From: an uncultured Solirubrobacterales bacterium
GTDB lineage: Bacteria; Actinomycetota; Thermoleophilia; Solirubrobacterales; 70-9
DNA: 64,000 nucleotides
Direction: 5' to 3'
NCBI GenBank assembly: GCA_963820665.1
Contig: CAWGAL010000002.1
Coordinates: forward strand, 8,598-72,597
Part shown: piece by piece, positions 59,084-64,000 of the stretch
How the letters are laid out: each line of letters starts with the position of its first letter
Numbering within the stretch: the first letter of the stretch is position 1
Position numbers and translations under genes: made by a program
The notes under the pieces: generated by a model
What the model saw: the letters and a program-made list of their open reading frames with translations, nothing else
Database searches by the model: none
Told to the model about the DNA's origin: nothing

Positions 59084-60131
59084 CCCTGCCGCCGCAAGAG
59101 CGCGCGCTCGCGCTGCTGCTCGCGGCGGCGCTCGCTTCGCTCGCCCCGATCCGCCGCCACGCGCCGGCAAGCCGCATTCGGCTCGCGCGTCCTGACGATG
59201 GGCAGCAAGGGCAAGGACGTCCGGGCCCTGCAGCGCTCGCTGACCACCCTCGGCCACACGGCCCCGATCGACGGCTTCTACGGCACGACCACCAAGCAGA
59301 GCGTGAAGAAGCTCGAGCGCAAGCAGGAGCGTGGAAGGTCGACGGCAAGGTCGACCGCAAGGACGCGATGCGGATCACGACCCTGGTGTCGAAGCGCTCG
59401 ACCAAGGTCCCCGTCGGTGTTCTTCCTCGGCGGCCCCACGCACGCCGACCGCGACCGTCACCGTCAGCCGCCCGGGCACCCTGAACCTGAACGTCGTCGA
59501 CGCGATCAGCGGCCTCGGCATCGTCACGCTTCCCCGTCACCTTCACCGCCGCCGGCAGCCAGACCGATCCCGCTGGAACGGGCTCGACCGCGGTGCCGGG
59601 CATCTGGGCGCCCGACTCCACCTATCGCTTCACGCCTCGACGACGACGGGCGACACCGGCGCCGACGCTCAGCGGCCAGACGAAGGCCCTTCGCGCTGCG
59701 CCGCCACTTCTTCCCCGTCCCCGGCACCCACAGCTACGGCGGTGCCGGCTCGCGCTTCGGCGCCGGGCGCTCCGGCCACATCCACCAGGGCCAGGACATG
59801 GCGGCGCCGCTGCGGCGAGAAGCTCTACGCGACCGAGGCCGCGACCGTGACCACCAAGGCCTACCAGGCGAGCGGCGCCGGCTACTACCTGGTGATCCAG
59901 GGCACCTACACCGGGCACCAGCCACGTCTACATGCACATGCAGAAGCCCTCGTGGGCCGAGGAGGGCACGATCCTCTACCCCGGCCAGCAGATCGGCAAG
60001 GTCGGGACGACGGGCTCCTCCACCGGCTGCCACCTGCACTTCGAGCGCTGGTCGCGCGCCCGGCTGGTACGAGGGCGGCGCCGCCGTACGACCCGCTACC
60101 CGAGCTCCAGGCCTGGGACGCCTACTCCTGA
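59080..60131 (+). pseudogene. M23-family metallopeptidase with N-terminal peptidoglycan-binding domain; several frame changes
   Basis: GTG 59080 overlaps the preceding stop. PG_binding_1-like MGSKGKDVRALQRSLTTLGHTAPIDGFYGTTTKQSVKKLE. M23 core FPVPG.HSYGG..SRFGAGRSGHIHQGQDMAAP.GEKLYA...GYYLVIQG...VYMHMQKPSW..GQQIGKVGTTGSSTGCHLHFE. Confidence 0.65.
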
Positions 60132-61017
60132 GCGACGCCTCGGCTCCGTCGATCGTCGAGACCTCGGCCGGCCCGATCGAGGTCGCGCGCGCCGGCGAGG
60201 GCCCGCCCGTCGTCCTCGTCCACGGCACGCCGGGCGGGCTCGACTCCTCCCTCGCGATGGGGCAGTTCCTGGTCGACGCCGGCTTCGAGCTGATCGCCCC
60301 CTCCCGCCCCGGCTACCTCGGCACGCCGCTCGCCGGCCGCGAGTCCTTCGACGCCGCAGGCCGAGCTGCTCGGCGCGATGCTCGACGCGCTCGGCCACGA
60401 TAGCGCCGCCTTCCTCACCTGGTCGGGCGGCGGCCCCAGCGGCTACAGGCTCGCGGCGACGCCAGCCGCGAGAAGGTCTCACGCGCTGGTCGCCTTCGCC
60501 GCGGTCAGCGGCAACTACCGCTCGCCGAACGAGGGCATCGAGGACCGGCTGGTGCTGGAGACGCGGCCCGGGAACTGGCTGCTCCGCAAGCTCGTCGCCC
60601 GCGCCCCGAAGACGACGATCAGCGCCACGCTGCGGCGCCGAGGGCGACCTCAGCCGCAAGGAGCTGAAGGCCCAGGTCGCCGAGGTGATGGCGGACGCCG
60701 AGCAGGCCGAGGTGGTCCTCGAGATGGCGCAGGGTCGGCGGCGACTACGAGCACCGTCGCGAGGGCATCGCGAACGACCGGGCGCGCTTCACCGAGATCG
60801 CCTCACTCGGGCCTCGAGGAGATCGCGGCGCCGACCCTGATCGTCGTCGGCGACGCCGACGTCGACGTGCCCCCGGCCCACAGCGACTTCGCGGCCGCAG
60901 ACGATCCCCGGCGCCGAGAAGCTGACGATGGAGCGCGGCACCCACCTGAGCCTGTTCGCGCACCCGGACGCGCGGGCGGCGCAGGGCCGCTCCGTCGAAG
61001 CGCTCAGGTCGACCTAG
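60124..61017 (+). pseudogene. alpha/beta-fold hydrolase; several frame changes
   Basis: IVETSAGPIEVARAGEGPPVVLVHGTPGG, FLTWSGGGPSGYRLA (nucleophile-elbow-like) and APTLIVVGDADVDVPPAHS...GTHLSLFAHPDA. Stop TAG at 61015-61017. The start is uncertain. Confidence 0.5.
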
Positions 61018-61020
61018 GGC

Positions 61021-61665
61021 CTAGAGGCCGCCCGACGAGCTGACCGCCGGGTCGACCCGGAACCGCTTGCGCTGCGGGTTCGCGGGCTTGAAGAACATCC
61101 CGTTGGTCGCCTTCACGCGCCACGCCTTGGGCAGCTTGCCCGAGGGGAAGTTGAGGAAGCGCCGGAACAGGTTCGAGGCCTGCGCGCAGGTGATGATCGA
61201 GTTGCGTGGGATCAGGATCTCGTACGCGCCCTTCGGGAAGCTCACCCTGCCGATCCGGTCGTTATTCAGCACCTGGAAGTTGCCCGGGCAGAGAGTGCCG
61301 TGCGGCGCCGGCGGAGGCGGCGTCGGCGGGATGCCGTTGATGATCGCGACGCTGAAGCCGGGCGCGGAGCCCTGGGTGAAGGTGGCCCGCCCGCTTCCCT
61401 GAGCGTTCAGGCGCCACGGCTTCGGCAGGTTGCCGTCGTAGTCCTGGAGGAACTGCGCGAAGAGCTGGGATGCCGAAGCGCAGCTGACCCCGGTCGCCGA
61501 CACCGAGTAGACGCCCTTCGGGAAGAGCGCGGTCCCGATCTGGTCGTTGTGCAGGACGCGGAAGGTCGGGCACTGTGCGGAGGCGGCCTGTGCCTGCGCG
61601 GAAGGAGCCGTCGCCGCCAGCAGGGCGGCAGCGGCCGCGGCGATGACGAGGGTTCTGCGGATCAT
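61021..61665 (-). CDS. secreted hypothetical protein with internal two-fold domain duplication
   Basis: 214-aa ORF with signal peptide MIRRTLVIAAAAAALLAATAPSAQA. Two units of about 80 aa share C.(T/N)F.VL.ND.IG...FPKG.Y........C..AS.LF..FL....G.LPK.WR..A. They are joined by a poly-Pro linker (PPTPPPPAP). Confidence 0.55.
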   Translation of the reverse strand: MIRRTLVIAAAAAALLAATAPSAQAQAASAQCPTFRVLHNDQIGTALFPKGVYSVSATGVSCASASQLFAQFLQDYDGNLPKPWRLNAQGSGRATFTQGSAPGFSVAIINGIPPTPPPPAPHGTLCPGNFQVLNNDRIGRVSFPKGAYEILIPRNSIITCAQASNLFRRFLNFPSGKLPKAWRVKATNGMFFKPANPQRKRFRVDPAVSSSGGL

Positions 61666-61669
61666 CCGA

Positions 61670-61742
61670 TGGGCACTACTGGGCTCGAACCAGTGACCTC
61701 CGCCTTGTCGAGGCGGCGCTCTCCCAACTGAGCTAAGCGCCC
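61670..61742 (-). tRNA. tRNA-Val(GAC): tRNA-Val (anticodon GAC)
   Basis: Hand-folded 73-nt cloverleaf: GGGCGCT-TA-GCTC-AGTTGGGA-GAGC-G-CCGCC-TCGACAA-GGCGG-AGGTC-ACTGG-TTCGAGC-CCAGT-AGTGCCC-A. CCA is not encoded. Position 33 reads C instead of the near-universal U. Confidence 0.85.
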
Positions 61743-61755
61743 GGGACGGGAGAAG

Positions 61756-62790
61756 TTAGCAGCGGGAAGCGTGCCTGAGGGCGCTAGGCGACCGGCGCGC
61801 GGGGCGTCGCGACGGTCGGCTCGTGCGGGCATCTTGCCCTTCGCGCGCATCGTCACCTTGAAGGTCTCGAGCGTGTCGTAGCTTCGGCTGCCAGCCCGTC
61901 GTCGACTTCAGCTTCTCGGTCGAGACGACCCACGGATAGCGCAGGAAGTGGAGGTTGCCGGCGGGCGCGTCGGTGCGCGGGCACGCGCAGCGCCCACAGC
62001 GTCCCGGTGATGCGCTTCGCGGCTCTTCATCGAGAGCTCGCGGGTCTTGACGCCGATCAGGTCGGCCGACTGCTTCCAGGTCATCAGGCCGTCGCCGGCG
62101 AGGTTGAAGGCGCCGGGCGCCTTGGCGTCGAGCAGGGCGATCAGCGCGCTGACGACGTCGTCCTCGTGGACGAGCTGGAACTCCTCGTCGTGCCCGTCGA
62201 TGATCGGCAGGAACGGGGCGTTCTCCCAGGTCCGGACGATGTAGTTGTTGACGTTCGGCCCGAGGACGATGCACGGGCGCACGATCGTCATCACGGCGTC
62301 GGGGTGGTCGGCCGCCCAGAGCTGGCAGACGCGGTCGGCCTCGGCCTTGTCGCGGGCGTAGGAGAAGTCGGGGGCGCCGCGCACCGGCCAGTCCTCGGCG
62401 ATCGGCTTCGGGTTGTCGGGCCAGGCGCCGTAGGCCGACGCCGACGAGGTGACGAGCACCTGCTTGGTCCCGGCCTCGGAGGCGGCCCACAGCGTCGCCT
62501 GCGTCCCGTTGACGTCGACGTCGTACATCTTCGCCTCGTCGTGGATCGGGTCGAGGATGAAGGCGAGGTGGACGAGGGCGTCGATCTCGTGCGCGCTCGA
62601 GCAGGTGGCGGGTCGCGTTGCGGTCGCGGACGTCGCCCTTGACGAACTGGGTCTTCGGCCACTGGCGCTTGGGGGCCGCGACGTCGACGATCACGATCAG
62701 CTCGGTCTCCTCGCGGTGCGAGAGCTCGTCGATCAGCCTGCCGCCGATGTAGCCCGAGCCGCCTGTGATCAGGTAGCGCACGCCGCGCAT
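61756..62790 (-). pseudogene. NAD-dependent epimerase/dehydratase family protein; frame changes
   Basis: ATG 62790 gives MRGVRYLITGGSGYIGGRLIDEL (GxxGxxG). The core is in ORF 61908-62528 (VLVTSSASAYGAWPDNP..., YARDKAEADR as YxxxK). The 3' end is uncertain, because the ORFs there read into the tRNA. Confidence 0.65.
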
Positions 62791-62805
62791 CGTAACGAGC
62801 GGTGA

Positions 62806-63567
62806 TTGGATTGGCTGCGTGGCCAACCCAGCCCCATTGCAGCATCCGACGTCCTGCTGGTCCCGACCGTCACCGAGGTCGAGTGGAAGATCAAGCCCCT
62901 CCTCGAGGAGTGGGCCGAGGTCGCCTCGTTCGACGCTCCGGGGGTCGGCGCCGAGCCGATGACCGAGCCGACGATCGAGGCGATCGTCGCCCGCGGCCTC
63001 GCCGAGATCGACCGCCGCGGCTGGGATCGCTGCGTGGTCGTCGGGGACGAGGTCGGCGCCGCGCAGGCCGCGCGAATCGCCGCGGCAGCGCCCCGGCGCG
63101 GTGCGGGCGCTGGTCATGGGCCACCCCGCGCTCGACTTCAACGCGCGGCGGCAGGCGCCCGTCGCTCAACCCCGAGGTCCGCGACGTGCTCGTCCAGACT
63201 CGGCCGCACCGACTACCGCAGCTACGTCCGCGCGCTGACCCAGGTCACGCAGAACGCCTACGACGAGGAGCTCGCCGACGCCTACATGGCGCGCGTCTCG
63301 CAGGAGGTGACGACGTCCTACGTCCAGGAGTTCTTCGGCGCGCGCCGAGCGGATCGACCTCCTCCCCGATCCTGCGCGGCCTCGACGCCCCGATGCTCCT
63401 GGTCGAGCACGCCGGGCTGCCTGATGTGGACGCGCGAGGGATTCGAGGACGCGATGGCGGCGCTGCCGACCGCGGTCCGCACCTCGGTCGACCAGAAGCC
63501 GAGCGTCAGCCCGGCGTTCGCGGCCCTCGTGCGCGACTTCTGCGCAGGGTTGCCCGACGACGATTAG
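62806..63567 (+). pseudogene. hypothetical alpha/beta-hydrolase-like protein; frame changes
   Basis: The 253-aa ORF has plausible segments (VLLVPTVTEVEWKIKPLLEEWAEVASFDAPGVG; CVVVGDEVGAAQAARIAAAAP; TDYRSYVRALTQVTQNAYDEELADAYMARV; MWTREGFEDAMAALP) interrupted by Arg/Pro-rich out-of-frame stretches. Weak call. Confidence 0.35.
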
Positions 63568-63596
63568 CCGCGTTCGCTCCGGGTAGTTTCGAGCTG

Positions 63597-64000
63597 ATGG
63601 CCGACTACACCGTCAAGAAGATCACTGAGCTCGACACGCTCAGCGGGTTCCTCGAGGGGATCGAGATGCGGCAGGTCCGCGAGGACCTCGGGATCGAGTC
63701 GTTCGGCATCTCGATCATCGAGATGGAGCCGAACGCGAGCGAGGCGCCCGAGCATGACCACTCCTCCGAGGGCAAGGGCGGCCAGATGTTCGCCAGGTTC
63801 CCGGCGCAGCTCGAGCAGGAGGAGCTCTACGTCGCCCTGCGCGGATCGGGGACGGTCACGCTCGACGGCACCGATCACGAGATCGACCCCGAGACGGTCA
63901 TCCACATCGGCCCGACGGTCACCCGCAAGGTCGTCGCAGGCCCCGAGGGGCTGCGCCTGCTGGCCGTCGGCGGAGTGCCCGGCAAGGCCTACGGCGCGGA
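63597..64000 (+). CDS. cupin-domain protein, 5' part (runs off the right edge)
   Basis: ATG 63597: MADYTVKKITELDTLSGFLEGIEMRQVREDLGIESFGISIIEMEPNASEAPEHDHSSEGKGGQ..EELYVALRGSGTVTLDG. The G-x5-H-x-H-like motif is PEHDHS. No stop before the window end. Confidence 0.5.
   Translation, partial: MADYTVKKITELDTLSGFLEGIEMRQVREDLGIESFGISIIEMEPNASEAPEHDHSSEGKGGQMFARFPAQLEQEELYVALRGSGTVTLDGTDHEIDPETVIHIGPTVTRKVVAGPEGLRLLAVGGVPGKAYGA

Noticed and set aside
61600-62000. tRNA gene as a possible integration site of a mobile element or genomic island.
   Set aside because: No integrase, excisionase, transposase or direct repeat of the tRNA 3' end was found in the window.
61756-63141. 461-aa minus-strand ORF covering the epimerase gene and part of the next gene.
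   Set aside because: It is a composite. It contains the true epimerase N-terminus (MRGVRYLITGGSGYIGG at 62790) but is otherwise out of frame or antisense. The real coding pieces are 61908-62528 and neighbouring frames.

Overview
High-GC (about 70%) chromosomal segment of an actinobacterial type. Supporting signals are an Rpf-type transglycosylase domain, a classical sortase, a ydaO-type c-di-AMP riboswitch, and the thrS/infC-rpmI-rplT-trmH-pheS-pheT-argCJBD...argG gene order known from Mycobacterium. The secreted repeat proteins suggest Thermoleophilia/Solirubrobacterales, but that is only a guess.

Layout:
- 1-19 kb: housekeeping genes (cysE-cysK, Rrf2, gltX, nfo, dnaE, sixA, ferritin-like, Rpf-like, LysR) mixed with three large secreted repeat proteins. 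These are a YWTD six-blade propeller, a four-fold PPC-like protein and a DUF11+RTX protein.
- 19.2-20.5 kb: argG.
- 20.5-43.9 kb: an exopolysaccharide (EPS) island of about 23.4 kb that starts with a sortase gene. It sits where argF-argR lie in Mycobacterium.
- 43.9-58.2 kb: argDBJC, pheTS, trmH, rplT-rpmI, a 2.3 kb insertion (polysaccharide-lyase-like gene plus methyltransferase), infC, thrS.
- 58.2-64 kb: a c-di-AMP riboswitch in front of two cell-wall hydrolase genes, then hydrolases, tRNA-Val, an epimerase and a cupin.

Main hypothesis: the EPS island carries the accessory gene set typical of Gram-negative exosortase/PEP-CTERM loci. These are a FemAB/CelD-like acyltransferase, an AsnB-like amidotransferase, a deacetylase stub, a priming sugar transferase, a Wzz-Tyr-kinase, two O-antigen-ligase-like proteins (one with TPR) and GT4 genes. 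However, it contains a sortase and a roughly 110-aa mini-protein ending in LPFTG-TM-RRLS instead of an exosortase and PEP-CTERM substrates. A paralogous mini-protein lies at 10.75 kb. This could be an undescribed sortase-based EPS-associated protein-sorting system.

Major caveat: from about 19 kb onward dozens of genes, including essential pheS, pheT and thrS, need frame changes to be read. The first 19 kb has none. This looks like uneven consensus quality rather than biology. Many coordinates and ends in the right-hand 45 kb are therefore approximate. No CRISPR array, rRNA, transposase or integrase was seen.
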